Assembly (NCBI GenBank): GCA_965243025.1
Contig: CBDETY010000003.1
Location: forward strand, 4,768,001-4,832,000
Direction of reading: 5' to 3'
DNA length: 64,000 nucleotides
Source of the DNA: Candidatus Latescibacterota bacterium
GTDB taxonomy: Bacteria > Latescibacterota > UBA2968 > UBA8231
Shown here: positions 7,359-17,459 of the stretch, one piece after another
Position numbering within the stretch: position 1 is the stretch's first letter
Layout: every line of letters begins with the position of its first letter
The notes under the pieces: model-generated
The model's input: only the letters and a program-made list of their open reading frames with translations
Database searches by the model: none
What the model was told of the DNA's origin: nothing
Program-made: the position numbers and the translations under genes

Positions 7359-9235
7359 TCCTGAATCACCACCGGCGAGTTGTCGCGCTCCCGGGCCAGG
7401 CGGGCGATCTCGGTGAATACCGGGTCGCGCGGGCCGCGGAGAAGGATCTCCGGCCCGGCACGCCCCGCCCCCTCGACGGGCAGGCCCGACCAGTGGTCCC
7501 GCGCGCGGCGGGCAGCCCCCCGGCGGCGCGAGGGCGGGTCAAGGAAATCGTAGTCGAACTCTTCGAAGCCCGGCAGCTTTTCCAGCGACCGGTACGCCAT
7601 GTTGCGGACCGCCGAGTACGGATCCTGGAGAAGCCCGGCCGTGAACGGAGCGAGCCAGTCCGATCCCGAGGCCTCGAGCGCGGGAGCCCAGCCCATGTGC
7701 CAGGCGACGATTCCGCGCTGGGCCGCGTCTCCGCGAAGCGCCCAGAGAAGCGAGGCGGCGATCTGCGATTCGTCGGCAGTGAGCTCCGGCTGCCGGTGCC
7801 CGTACCACTCGCTGAGCTTCTCCCCCGTCCAGCCCAGCGTCCTGTCGAGGTGACAGAGGTTGCAGGCGTTGGGCCGGTTCGTCACCGCATTGCTCACCGC
7901 CCGCGGGTTGTCGATGAGATGGGACCGGATTGCGCCCATCAGTGCATAGCTGGTGTGGGGCATGTGGCAGTTGTAGCAAAGACTGCCGCTCGAGTTGGGC
8001 TCGTGATGCGTATGTGCTTCGAGGTCCGCTGCGAACTCGGCGTGGCATTGCAGGCAGGCGGCGTTGCGGTCCATCTCCGGAACGTGCAGCTCGTTGAGCT
8101 GATCCGCGCGGTCGATGTAGCCGTGCATGGAGTGGCACGAAAGGCAGGACAGTTCGCCCCCCTCGAAGCAGGCGGACCCGACGACGCCGTGGAACTCCCG
8201 TCCCCCGGTGCGGTCGACCCCGTCCGACCACCCCTCCATGCGCGAGTGCACGAAGTGGTCGAACACGTCGTCCCCGGGACGGAAGGTCAGCCCGTGACGG
8301 CGCGAATATTCCTTGTCGGGCGGCTTCACGAATGCATGGCACTGGCCGCAGACCTGGGTTGATTTCGGGGCCGGCATCCGGGCCGGGTTGGCGATCGTCG
8401 GATCGCCGGCGCCGGCGGAGAAGTACTGTCCATAGCGGCGCAGGGGATCCTGGTTGACCCGGATGTGCTCGTCGCCGGGTCCGTGGCAGGCCGCGCAGGC
8501 GATCCCGAGCTCGGTGACGCGGAAATCGTAGCGGCCGTTTGCCGGGTCCTTCCTCGGGGCGTAGTCGGTGGCATGGCACTGCGGGCAGGAGAGCCATTCC
8601 CCTTCCTCCACCACCTGCTCCGGCGGCCTGAGAAAGGAGTCGGGGGTTGGTATCCAGCGCTTCTGGTCGATGCTCCAGATCCAGGGGAACTCGACGAACC
8701 CGCCGTCGAAGCCTTTGACCCAGTAGACCTGCATGTGGTGCGAACCGGTCGTCATTACGACGCGCCCGTCCCCGGGCCGTATGCGGGGCGGCATGCGGCT
8801 CCTGCCTCCGGTCTGGGTGAAGGTGAACCAGAACTGGCCGCCCCGCCGCTCCAGCGCCATGCGCCTGCCGCGTCCGACGAGCACCCCCTCCCAGGGCGCT
8901 GCGACCGCCTCGGGCGAGGCCACCTGGGTCATGGTGCGGTGGAAGCTTCGGTGCCAGGAAGCGTGCTCCCGGGGGTGGCAGGAGATGCACCTGTCGGACG
9001 CCGCGTAGCCTTCCCCGGGCGTGAACTCCGGCACCGCCTCGGTCAGCTCGCGGTCGACCTCCGGCCGGCCGAGAACGGCGGCGGCCGCCGCCGCCGCGAG
9101 GAGAACGATCGCAACCAGCGCCAGGAGCAGCCTTCGCCCGGGCAGGAAAAAGGCGGCCAGCAGCGGAAGCATGCCTGCTGTGACGGCGGCAATGAACAGT
9201 CCGGCCTCTACCGATTCGGCGAAAACCTCGGGCAT
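7355..9235 (-). CDS. Membrane-anchored multiheme cytochrome c (8 CxxCH)
   Basis: CISCH, CPQCH, CAACH, CGQCH, CLSCH, CLQCH, CYNCH, CNLCH; two N-terminal TM segments; helical C-terminus. Confidence 0.9.
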   Translation of the reverse strand: MPEVFAESVEAGLFIAAVTAGMLPLLAAFFLPGRRLLLALVAIVLLAAAAAAAVLGRPEVDRELTEAVPEFTPGEGYAASDRCISCHPREHASWHRSFHRTMTQVASPEAVAAPWEGVLVGRGRRMALERRGGQFWFTFTQTGGRSRMPPRIRPGDGRVVMTTGSHHMQVYWVKGFDGGFVEFPWIWSIDQKRWIPTPDSFLRPPEQVVEEGEWLSCPQCHATDYAPRKDPANGRYDFRVTELGIACAACHGPGDEHIRVNQDPLRRYGQYFSAGAGDPTIANPARMPAPKSTQVCGQCHAFVKPPDKEYSRRHGLTFRPGDDVFDHFVHSRMEGWSDGVDRTGGREFHGVVGSACFEGGELSCLSCHSMHGYIDRADQLNELHVPEMDRNAACLQCHAEFAADLEAHTHHEPNSSGSLCYNCHMPHTSYALMGAIRSHLIDNPRAVSNAVTNRPNACNLCHLDRTLGWTGEKLSEWYGHRQPELTADESQIAASLLWALRGDAAQRGIVAWHMGWAPALEASGSDWLAPFTAGLLQDPYSAVRNMAYRSLEKLPGFEEFDYDFLDPPSRRRGAARRARDHWSGLPVEGAGRAGPEILLRGPRDPVFTEIARLARERDNSPVVIQE

Positions 9236-9445
9236 TGGCGCAGCAGTCTCCCCGTGGATGAGCGCCCGTGAAAATTAGGGTATCCCCCTGGGGGAGTATA
9301 GGAATGGTACGGGCTGTTATCCGGGAGCCCGGTTCGGCCGTATCCTATTGAAACGCTCGTGGATCAGTTGGTTGACACCGCAGCGTCGGGCCCGGCCTCG
9401 ACGAGGATGGCCATGGCGGGCCGGACGAGCCGGGCGCTCGACTCC

Positions 9446-10189
9446 ATGGAAACCCTGATTACTGTAATCGGCCGCGGTCATTCCGGGACCCGTGCCATTT
9501 CCCACACCTTGTACGCCAGCGGCGTCTACATGGGGAATCGCCTGAACCCGTCAGGGGACAAGATCCCGGGGCGGGCGATGTACGACGCGTGCCGGGCCAT
9601 GGCGCGATACGTCGAATGGAAAGGTGGGCTGGCGTGGGGTTTCGATCCCCTGTTTTCGATGCCGATCGATCCGGACTTCGAACGCCACATCGGCACCTAC
9701 CTGGAAGACGTGCTGCACAACCCGACCGCGCACAAGGGGTGGAAGATTCCCGAGACGACCCTCGTCTATCCCTGGATCGCCCGCCTGTTTCCCGAGGCCC
9801 GGTTCATTCTCTGGATCCGCGATCCGAGGGACTGCATCCTGGGCGGCCACAAAACGGACGATTTGCGCGATTTCGGAATCGAATACCCCCGGACTGAGGA
9901 CGTATGCGAAATGCGGGCGGTCTCCTGGTTCTATCAATACCAGTTGATGAAAGCCACCCCGAGGCCGAAACATTCCATCGAGATCCGCTTCGAGGACTTC
10001 GTGCTGAAACAGGAGGAAACCCTCGAACGGCTCGAGGCGTTTCTCGGCCTTCCACTGGGACGGATCGTGGTGCGGCCGGAAGCGGTCGGGCGCTGGAAAA
10101 GGGAGGCTGAACCCCGCGCCCTGCCGTTCGATTTCCTGGCGGATGCCATCGCCGGGAACGGCTATCCCCCGACCGCCGACCTTCCTTGA
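9446..10189 (+). CDS. Sulfotransferase family protein
   Basis: IGRGHSGT (5'-PSB loop), WKIP, IRDPRD, RFEDFV. Confidence 0.85.
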   Translation: METLITVIGRGHSGTRAISHTLYASGVYMGNRLNPSGDKIPGRAMYDACRAMARYVEWKGGLAWGFDPLFSMPIDPDFERHIGTYLEDVLHNPTAHKGWKIPETTLVYPWIARLFPEARFILWIRDPRDCILGGHKTDDLRDFGIEYPRTEDVCEMRAVSWFYQYQLMKATPRPKHSIEIRFEDFVLKQEETLERLEAFLGLPLGRIVVRPEAVGRWKREAEPRALPFDFLADAIAGNGYPPTADLP

Positions 10190-10276
10190 GTATTCTCCGG
10201 AACCAGGTTTGGAAGTGCCGGCAGTACCCTGGTTCCCGGCCCCGATTGCGAGCGAATCCGGCGGCCGCCCCGGCCC

Positions 10277-11119
10277 TCATCCCCGCGACGGCTCCTCGCT
10301 CTCGGCCCGCAGCCGGGCGTGCACTTCCTTCACCTTGAAGTCGTTCTCGATGACCTGCCGCAGGTGCACCATGCGCTCCGGCCCCGCGGTTCTCAGCATC
10401 TCTTCACCCAGGATGTGGTCGATCCAGAAGCGCCCCTCGTGCGCCAGGGCGTTCTGGAAATCCTCGAGGCGCTCCTCGGGGACGTGCTCGATGAAGTTCA
10501 TCGTGTACATGCGGCGTCGCACCGAGCCGCCGAAGGCCGAGTGCTTGGTGTTGTGCCAGAAGACGACGATGTCCCCGGGCTCGGTCTCGACGATGACGGC
10601 GGGCACCTCCCCGGGGGCGACGCCCCACTGATCCCCGCTCTCCCTGACGGACCGCTCCAGGCTGTCGGCGTAGGCGTCCCCGCAGTGGTGGCTGCCGGGG
10701 ATGACGCGCACCGCCCCGGTGTCGGCGGTCACCCGGTCGAGGTAGAAGGCGATCTTGATGCTGGGGATGCGGGTGCCGCTGTAGCCGTCGGAGTGCCAGC
10801 CGGTGTCGCCGACGTAGAGGTTGCCGTCGCCGCTGGTGTAGTTGAAGTCCTCGCCGAGCAGGCCGGCGGCGATGTCGTGGATGCGCGGGTCGTCGAGGAG
10901 GCTGCTGAGGTACTCGCTCTTGTCGGGGAACGGCACGATGCAGGAGCGCCGGTTCCCGTCGTGCGGACTGCCGTGGTGGCCGCCGCCGTGCCGCTCCCAG
11001 ACGCGCTCGAACTCGGCGATTATCCGGTCGACGCAGTCGGCGAGCAGGCCGGGGAAATACAGGTACCCGAAGGTGTTGAAGAAGTTGATCTGCTGCTGCG
11101 TCAGCCTGGTGCCGGTCAT
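10277..11119 (-). CDS. Phytanoyl-CoA dioxygenase (PhyH) family
   Basis: FFNTFGYL, WHSD, VIPGSH, PGDIVVF..NTKHS. Confidence 0.9.
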   Translation of the reverse strand: MTGTRLTQQQINFFNTFGYLYFPGLLADCVDRIIAEFERVWERHGGGHHGSPHDGNRRSCIVPFPDKSEYLSSLLDDPRIHDIAAGLLGEDFNYTSGDGNLYVGDTGWHSDGYSGTRIPSIKIAFYLDRVTADTGAVRVIPGSHHCGDAYADSLERSVRESGDQWGVAPGEVPAVIVETEPGDIVVFWHNTKHSAFGGSVRRRMYTMNFIEHVPEERLEDFQNALAHEGRFWIDHILGEEMLRTAGPERMVHLRQVIENDFKVKEVHARLRAESEEPSRG

Positions 11120-11122
11120 CGT

Positions 11123-14100
11123 TCAGAACAGGCTCAACTGGCGGGTTCGCCGCGATTCGGACATCGCCTCTTCCTCTTCCCGCAGGAGGGCCCCTGGTAT
11201 CATGTCCAAAAACCGCGACTTCTGCAACTGCACCCGCTGCCCGTGGCGCATGCGGCTGCGGGCGCGAAACAGGACCAGCTCCTTCCCGGCGCGGGTCACG
11301 GCGACGTAGAACAGGCGCCGCTCCTCCTCTTCATCGCACTCCCGCCCCGGCTCGGCCAGCGGTATCACCCCGTCCTCGACGCCGCAGATCAGCACCACCG
11401 GGAACTCCAGCCCCTTGGCGGCGTGCATCGTCATCAGGCTGACCGTTTCCTGCTGCCTGGCGCCGCCCCGGCGCTCGAAGTCGGCGTCCTGGCCCAGGAC
11501 CACCCGCTCGAGCAGCTGCTCCATGGTTTCCGCGTTCTCCGCCAGCGCGACGAAACGGGAGAACCCCGTCTCCTCGGGCGCCGCATCGGAACCGAACTCC
11601 GCCTGCCAGCAGCGCAGCAGTTCCGCCGGCGGCTCCCCCGCCCTGCTCCGGTAGCGCTCCGCGGCTTCGGTCAGGGCCGCGAGCTTCGCCCGCTCCCGTT
11701 CCGACAGCGACGCGCCGAGGGCCGCCAGGTCCACGGGCCCGGAGGCTTCGAGCAGGGCCGCGGTGATCTGCGCGGTGGCCGCCCGCCCCGGGTTGAACGG
11801 CTGCGGCCTCAGCGCCTCGAGCAGCCGCAGGCCGCTGCCGGGCTGGGCGACCCAGCGCCAGAAGGCAAGCGCCTGCCGCACAGCGGGCGTGTCGAGAAAG
11901 CCGCGCTGGCCGATGAGCCGGTAGGGGAGGCCCTCGGTCAGGAAACAGGTCTCCAGCACCTCGGCCTGCCTGCCGGTGCGGAACAGCACGGCGATGTCGC
12001 CGAAGCCGTACTCCCCGCCGCTTCCCGCGGCGTTGTCGGAAGCGACCATGTCGGCGCCCCCGACGAGCCGGTTGATCTCCCTGACGACGGCGATCCCCTC
12101 GGACATCTCGCTGCCGGTCGCGACCATGCGGATCACCCCCCGTCCCACCGCCGCCCCGGCTCCGTTTTCCCCGGTTTCTTCCGGCGGGCCGATCAGGGAG
12201 CGGCCGGCCCTCACCAGGTACGGGGAGGAGCGGTAGTTGGCGGCCAGGCGGAAGCGCCTGCTTCCGGGGAATGCGGAGTCGAGGCGGGCGAAGTACTCCG
12301 GGTCGGCCCCGCGGAAACCGTAAATCGACTGGTTGGGGTCGCCGATGACGAAGAGGCCGCGGCCGTCGCCGGCCAGCCGGACCGCCAGGCGGTACTGCAC
12401 GGCGTTGACGTCCTGGAACTCGTCGATCAGAAGGCACTGGATGCAGCCGCCGGCGTAGGCGGAGAACCCTTCGTCCTCCTCGAGCAGGTGCAGGAAGTCG
12501 AGGAGGATGTCGTCGTAGTCCCGGGCTTTCAGCCTGGCCAGCCGCTGCTGGTACCCCTCGTATACGCCGGCGAGCTCCTCCCCGGATGCGGCCACATCGC
12601 CCGGCAGCCGCCCCTCGGCCTTCCACCGCGAGATCCGCTCCTGCGCCGCCGCCGGGCGGAAGCCGGCCCCCTGTTCCTCGATCGCGGCGGCGACGATGGC
12701 CCGCGCGTCCTGTCCGTCGATGACGGCGGCTTCCGGACCGCGGCGGAAGGTGCCCATCAGGTGCAGGGCCAGACGGTGGAAGGTGCCGGTGAACAGCCGC
12801 TCCAGGTTCGGCAGCGGCGGGTCCATGGCGCGCAGCCGCTGCCGCATCTCGTCGGCGGCGCGGTTGGTGAAGGTGACGGCATGGATCTTGCCCGGCGAGA
12901 CCCCCTCGCGGCGGACCAGGTGGGCGATCCGCTGCACCAGGGTTCGCGTCTTGCCCGAGCCCGGCCCGGCGGCGACAACCACCGGCCCCGCCGGCTCCTC
13001 GACCGCGGCCTGCTGTTCGCGGTCGAGGGCGGTCCCGGAGAACAGCAGGCGTTCCAGAACCGAACCTCCCTGCTCCAGCAGGGTTTCCACCCTGGCCCCG
13101 CCCGCTTCCGCCGCCATCGACTCGACGACCTCGGCGGCCCGCAGCGACTCCTCGCCGAGGACGGCCCCGATGTCGAACAGCTGCGACTGCCCCTCGATGC
13201 GGCGCCGCTCCTCGTCGCTGAAAACCTCGATCTTCCCGTACTCGCCGTCGTATCCCGGGGCGATCGCCACCTTGCCGCTGCGCATCCGCCGCACTCCCTC
13301 GGCTACCAGGGACTGACCGCTGCATTGGGCGATCTTCGCCGTGTCGGCGTTCCGCAGGATCTCCAACTCCGGGCCGATCTGCTCGACCAGAGCGAAGTAG
13401 ACCCCCTGAACCTTCTTGCTTTTCGGCCCGACCCCCAAAGCCGAGCCGATCACCTCCTCGAGGGGTATGAGGTACTCGAACCGGCGCTCCGGCGCCGCCT
13501 CCCCTTCGCCGCGGTCGGCGAGCTTCTCGACGCGATGGAGCACGCCCACGGTCAGCTTGCGGCCGCACTCCGGGCACAGGCCCGCGGCGGCGATGGTCTG
13601 CTCCGGCTTCCAGCAGACCCCGCACTTGCGGTGGCCGTCGTAGTGGTACTTCCCCTCTTCCGGGTAGAACTCGATGGTGCCGGTGAACCGGCTCGGGTCG
13701 CGGTCGCGCAGGGCCTCGAGCATTCCCCGGTAGGACAGCTCGGTGTCGAAGCAGGTCGCCTCGCGCGCCAGCTTGCGGGGGGAGTGGGCGTCGGAGTTCG
13801 AAACCACCGCGAAGCGGTCGAGCTGCGAGAGGCGGCCGTTCATCGGCGGGTCGGACGACAGCCCGGTCTCGACCGCGGGGATGTGGGGCAGCAGGTCGTC
13901 GAAGCACTCCTCCATGCTGTCGAACCCGGAGCTGGCCCCCAGCACGGCGAAGTGCGGGGTCCAGATGTGGGCGGGGATGAACAGCACCTCGGGACAGACC
14001 TCGAGGCAGATTTCGAGCAGGTCGCGGCTGTCGAGGCCGAGGATCGGCCTCCCGTCCGACTTGAGGTTGCCGATCCGCCCCAGGCGCAGGTTGAAGCGGT

Positions 14101-14476
14101 CGGCGGCGTCGAAGTCGGGGAGGATGACGACGTTGTGGACCTTGCGGGTGCGGCCGTGGCGCTTGTAGATCGAGCTGATTTCGACGGACAGGAGAAACCG
14201 CACCTCGCCGCGGCAGGAGGCCGGCAGCTCCTCCTCCACCGCCTCGAGCAGGTCGCCGCGCAGCCGGTAAAGCCCCTCCTCGGCCGGGACGAGCTTCTCC
14301 TTCAGCTCCGCCAGCCACTCCGGGTGGGTGAAATCGGCGGTGCCGACGACGTCGACGCCCTTGAGCGCCGACCACTTGTGCAGGTTTTCGGGATTGAGCT
14401 CTTTGCTGGTTGCACGCGAGTGCCGCGAGTGCAGGTGCACGTCGGCGACGAAACGCCTGCTGCCGCGATGCGACAT
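11123..14476 (-). CDS. Endonuclease Q-like PHP domain fused to a UvrD/PcrA SF1 helicase
   Basis: DVHLHS, GTADFTHP, PAHIWTP, ETGLSSD, SNSDAHS, GKYHYDGHRKC..C..CPECG; helicase GPGSGKT, DEFQD, GDPNQSIYGFRGA, NYRS, HAAKGLEF, EERRLFYVAVTRA. Confidence 0.92.
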   Translation of the reverse strand: MSHRGSRRFVADVHLHSRHSRATSKELNPENLHKWSALKGVDVVGTADFTHPEWLAELKEKLVPAEEGLYRLRGDLLEAVEEELPASCRGEVRFLLSVEISSIYKRHGRTRKVHNVVILPDFDAADRFNLRLGRIGNLKSDGRPILGLDSRDLLEICLEVCPEVLFIPAHIWTPHFAVLGASSGFDSMEECFDDLLPHIPAVETGLSSDPPMNGRLSQLDRFAVVSNSDAHSPRKLAREATCFDTELSYRGMLEALRDRDPSRFTGTIEFYPEEGKYHYDGHRKCGVCWKPEQTIAAAGLCPECGRKLTVGVLHRVEKLADRGEGEAAPERRFEYLIPLEEVIGSALGVGPKSKKVQGVYFALVEQIGPELEILRNADTAKIAQCSGQSLVAEGVRRMRSGKVAIAPGYDGEYGKIEVFSDEERRRIEGQSQLFDIGAVLGEESLRAAEVVESMAAEAGGARVETLLEQGGSVLERLLFSGTALDREQQAAVEEPAGPVVVAAGPGSGKTRTLVQRIAHLVRREGVSPGKIHAVTFTNRAADEMRQRLRAMDPPLPNLERLFTGTFHRLALHLMGTFRRGPEAAVIDGQDARAIVAAAIEEQGAGFRPAAAQERISRWKAEGRLPGDVAASGEELAGVYEGYQQRLARLKARDYDDILLDFLHLLEEDEGFSAYAGGCIQCLLIDEFQDVNAVQYRLAVRLAGDGRGLFVIGDPNQSIYGFRGADPEYFARLDSAFPGSRRFRLAANYRSSPYLVRAGRSLIGPPEETGENGAGAAVGRGVIRMVATGSEMSEGIAVVREINRLVGGADMVASDNAAGSGGEYGFGDIAVLFRTGRQAEVLETCFLTEGLPYRLIGQRGFLDTPAVRQALAFWRWVAQPGSGLRLLEALRPQPFNPGRAATAQITAALLEASGPVDLAALGASLSERERAKLAALTEAAERYRSRAGEPPAELLRCWQAEFGSDAAPEETGFSRFVALAENAETMEQLLERVVLGQDADFERRGGARQQETVSLMTMHAAKGLEFPVVLICGVEDGVIPLAEPGRECDEEEERRLFYVAVTRAGKELVLFRARSRMRHGQRVQLQKSRFLDMIPGALLREEEEAMSESRRTRQLSLF

Positions 14477-14594
14477 ATCCCTTCCTTGGGGGGAGCCGGG
14501 GACGGGAAAGCTTGCGAAGGGCGGTGCGGGGAGAGCGAACGGTTTCCGATTATAGCGGTTCCCCCGCACCTGGACAAACCGGAGAATCTCACCG

Positions 14595-15773
14595 ATGGAA
14601 ATCGCCGAAGTCCGCGCCTTCCCCATCGAGGCCGCCCCCCGCCCGACGACGAAGCCGCGCGTCCCGGAAATCACGGACGCCCCCCCCATCGTCAGCCCCA
14701 TGCACCGCTATCCCGGCCTCCTGACCCGCTCGCGACGCGCCTGGCGGGACGTCGCCTGCGTGGTCACCGCCCGCGACGGCACCTGGGGCTTCGGCCTCGG
14801 CTGTTACTCCGCAGCAACGGCCCGGATCATCGAGGACCACCTCGGCCGGATAGTCACCGGGGAGAACTGCATGGCCACCGAGAAGCTGTTCGACGCCATG
14901 CAGCGCGCCACCGCCCACTACGGCACCGCCGGCCTGGCGAGCTACGCGATCAGCGCCGTCGACATGGCCCTGTGGGATCTCAAGGGAAAGCTGCTGCAGC
15001 GCCCGGTCTACGAGCTGCTCGGGGGGCCGCAGAAGACCGCCATCCCCTGCTACGCCAGCGCCACCGGCCACAACTGGGGCATCGAGAACAGCATCGAGTG
15101 GTACCTCGAGCTGGGGTTCGACGCGGTAAAGGTCTTCTTCCGCCACGGCCCGGAAGAGGACATGGAGGGGTTGCGCCGCAACGAGGAGTTGGTAGCCAGG
15201 GCGCGCGAGCTGATCGGCGACGAGCGCGAGCTGATGGTCGACGCCTGGATGTCGTTCGACGTCGAGTACGTCGTGCGCCTGTCGGAAGCCCTGAAGCCCT
15301 ACCGCATCAAGTGGTTCGAGGATTACGTGCGCCCCGAGGACCTCGGCAGCTACGTCAAGCTGCGGGAGCGCATCCCCCACCAGATCCTGGCGACCGGCGA
15401 GCACTGGTACTCCATCCCGCCGTTCGCCTTCGCCGCCGCCAACGGCCTCGTCGACATCTTCCAGCCCGACGTCCGCTGGGTCGGCGGCATCAGCGCCGCC
15501 CTGCGCATCTGCCACCTCGCCGAAGCCCACGGACAGCACGTGCTCGCCCACGGCGGCATGAACTACCCCTACGGCCAGCACCTCTCCTTCGCGATGCCGG
15601 CCGTCGCCTGGGGCGAGCGTTCGGAGGGGGTGTCCCCGCCCGGGGTTCCCCTGGAGGAGATGGTGAGACTTCCCGGGACCCCGGTCGTCGAGGACGGCTT
15701 CGTCGTCCCCAGCGACGCCCCGGGGTTCGGGCTCGAGATCACCGGGGAATGGCTCGAGGAGAAGGCCTGCTGA
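14595..15773 (+). CDS. Mandelate racemase/enolase-superfamily acid-sugar dehydratase (RhmD-like)
   Basis: AISAVDMALWDLKGK, PVYELLGG, metal ligands in VDAW/FED/GEH, QPD. Confidence 0.88.
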   Translation: MEIAEVRAFPIEAAPRPTTKPRVPEITDAPPIVSPMHRYPGLLTRSRRAWRDVACVVTARDGTWGFGLGCYSAATARIIEDHLGRIVTGENCMATEKLFDAMQRATAHYGTAGLASYAISAVDMALWDLKGKLLQRPVYELLGGPQKTAIPCYASATGHNWGIENSIEWYLELGFDAVKVFFRHGPEEDMEGLRRNEELVARARELIGDERELMVDAWMSFDVEYVVRLSEALKPYRIKWFEDYVRPEDLGSYVKLRERIPHQILATGEHWYSIPPFAFAAANGLVDIFQPDVRWVGGISAALRICHLAEAHGQHVLAHGGMNYPYGQHLSFAMPAVAWGERSEGVSPPGVPLEEMVRLPGTPVVEDGFVVPSDAPGFGLEITGEWLEEKAC

Positions 15774-15783
15774 GGCGAAAAGG

Positions 15784-17172
15784 TCAGCCGGCGGGCCAGG
15801 GGCCGGTGATCGCCATGGTCACCCCGTCCTGCTGGGCGTTGACGAACAGGGTGCTTCCGTCCGGAGAAAAGGTCGCCCCGGCCAGCTCCGACGAGGAGAC
15901 GGTGCGCGCCAGCTCGTAGAACGTCCCGTCCGGGCGGATGCCGACCAGGCGGTCGGTCCCGCCGCCGTCCTCACAGAGGATCACGTCCCCCCACGGGGCG
16001 ACGGTGAGGTTGTCGGCGTTCTCCACGAGGCCCTTGTCGTTCGGCTCGGCGTAGAGCATCAGCTTTCCCGCCCCGGCACCCTGCTCCCCCGCGGTGCCCT
16101 CGTGCGGGCTCGGGGTGTAGCGCCAGACCTGCCCCTGCCCGGCGTGGCCGCCGCTGGTGCAGGCGAAGAAGACGCTCCCCAACCCGTACCACATCCCCTC
16201 GCCGCGGGCGAAGCGGGCCGCCCCCTTGTTGTACCCCTGCAGGTGCAGGTCGCCGTCGGGGGACTGCACGTTTTCGATGTCGACCCAGCGCACCGGGAAC
16301 TCGGTCCCGACGGGGATCTCCGTCCTGGCGGAGGCCCCTTCCCCACGCCAGTTGCGGGTGTCGAGGGAGGACTTGTCCAGGGAAGCGAGCGCCTGCAGGC
16401 GCCCCCCCTCCTGAAGGCGGCCCGGCTTGTGGGGAATGAACCGGTAGATCAGGCCGTCGCCGCGGTCCTCGGTCTGGTAGACGATCCCGGAAGCGGGGTC
16501 GACCGCCACCGCCTCGTGAACGAAGCGGCCCATGTCCACCAGCGGCACCGGCTCCTGCAGCTCCTGCTTTTCCGAGGCGAACACCTCGAAGTTGTAGCCG
16601 TGGTCCTTCGTGTACCCGTCCCCCGCCTTGTCGGTTGTCTCCTCGCAGGTGATCCAGCTGTTCCACGGGGTCGGCCCCCCGGCGCAGTTGCGCACCGTGC
16701 CGGCGAGACTGAGGAACTGCTTCTCCACCAGCCCGGTGCGGGTGTCGCAGACGATGGTCGTCACCCCGCCGAGGCACTGGCCGTCGTCGTCGCGCGGGTC
16801 GTAGACCAGCCGTTCCGGCAGCTGCGACAGCAGCTTCGCCTGCTCCCCCTTCGGACCGTCCTCGTCGTCCGAAGAGCTCGCCTCCGAGTTGCACAGCAGC
16901 AGGGTCCTGCCGTTGGAGGCGGGAAAGGCGGCCATGCCGTCCGGGGCCCACGGCACCAGGAAGCCGTCGGCCATGCGCTCCTCGACCCGCGAGACAACCC
17001 GGTAACCGAAGCCGCCCGGCAGCTCGAGCAGGTCGTTCGGGTCCTTCTCCAGGGAACCGAAAATCTGCTCCGGGGACTCGTCGCCGTAGACCCATGAAAG
17101 CTCGCGGAGACCGGCGAACCCGGCGGATACGGCCGCGGTCCTGCGGAGAAACGTCCTGCGTGAAACGGTCAT
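15784..17172 (-). CDS. phoX: PhoX/DUF839 alkaline phosphatase with Tat signal
   Basis: SRRTFL Tat motif; PDGMAAF, NCAGGPTPWNSWITCEE, GRFVHEA, RGEG, ADNL, CEDG, ELAG. Confidence 0.88.
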   Translation of the reverse strand: MTVSRRTFLRRTAAVSAGFAGLRELSWVYGDESPEQIFGSLEKDPNDLLELPGGFGYRVVSRVEERMADGFLVPWAPDGMAAFPASNGRTLLLCNSEASSSDDEDGPKGEQAKLLSQLPERLVYDPRDDDGQCLGGVTTIVCDTRTGLVEKQFLSLAGTVRNCAGGPTPWNSWITCEETTDKAGDGYTKDHGYNFEVFASEKQELQEPVPLVDMGRFVHEAVAVDPASGIVYQTEDRGDGLIYRFIPHKPGRLQEGGRLQALASLDKSSLDTRNWRGEGASARTEIPVGTEFPVRWVDIENVQSPDGDLHLQGYNKGAARFARGEGMWYGLGSVFFACTSGGHAGQGQVWRYTPSPHEGTAGEQGAGAGKLMLYAEPNDKGLVENADNLTVAPWGDVILCEDGGGTDRLVGIRPDGTFYELARTVSSSELAGATFSPDGSTLFVNAQQDGVTMAITGPWPAG

Positions 17173-17459
17173 TTTTTTCCGTCCTTTCCCTGGCGTCCCG
17201 TCTCGTCGTTGCCTCGCACCTCTTCCGCCGACCCGTCCCGGCTCAGGTGGAAAAACATCCCGGCTCCCATCGCGGTTCCCCGTTCCCAGGCGTTGGCAAC
17301 TGTTTTTCAAAAGGGACTGCTGGAGTTTCGCCTCTTCTTGATCGCGCTCATTTTAGCGCAGTATATATGCCTTGACAACCTCGAGCGCCGTATGTCACGC
17401 AATCGCCATCCAACGGAAAGGAGGGTTCGCCGCCGGAATTCCCGGCCGCGGACGGTCCT

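Noticed and set aside
10319-15919. 1866-aa plus-strand ORF
   Set aside because: Antisense or off-frame shadow of the PhyH, EndoQ-UvrD and enolase genes; no motifs; typical of high-GC DNA
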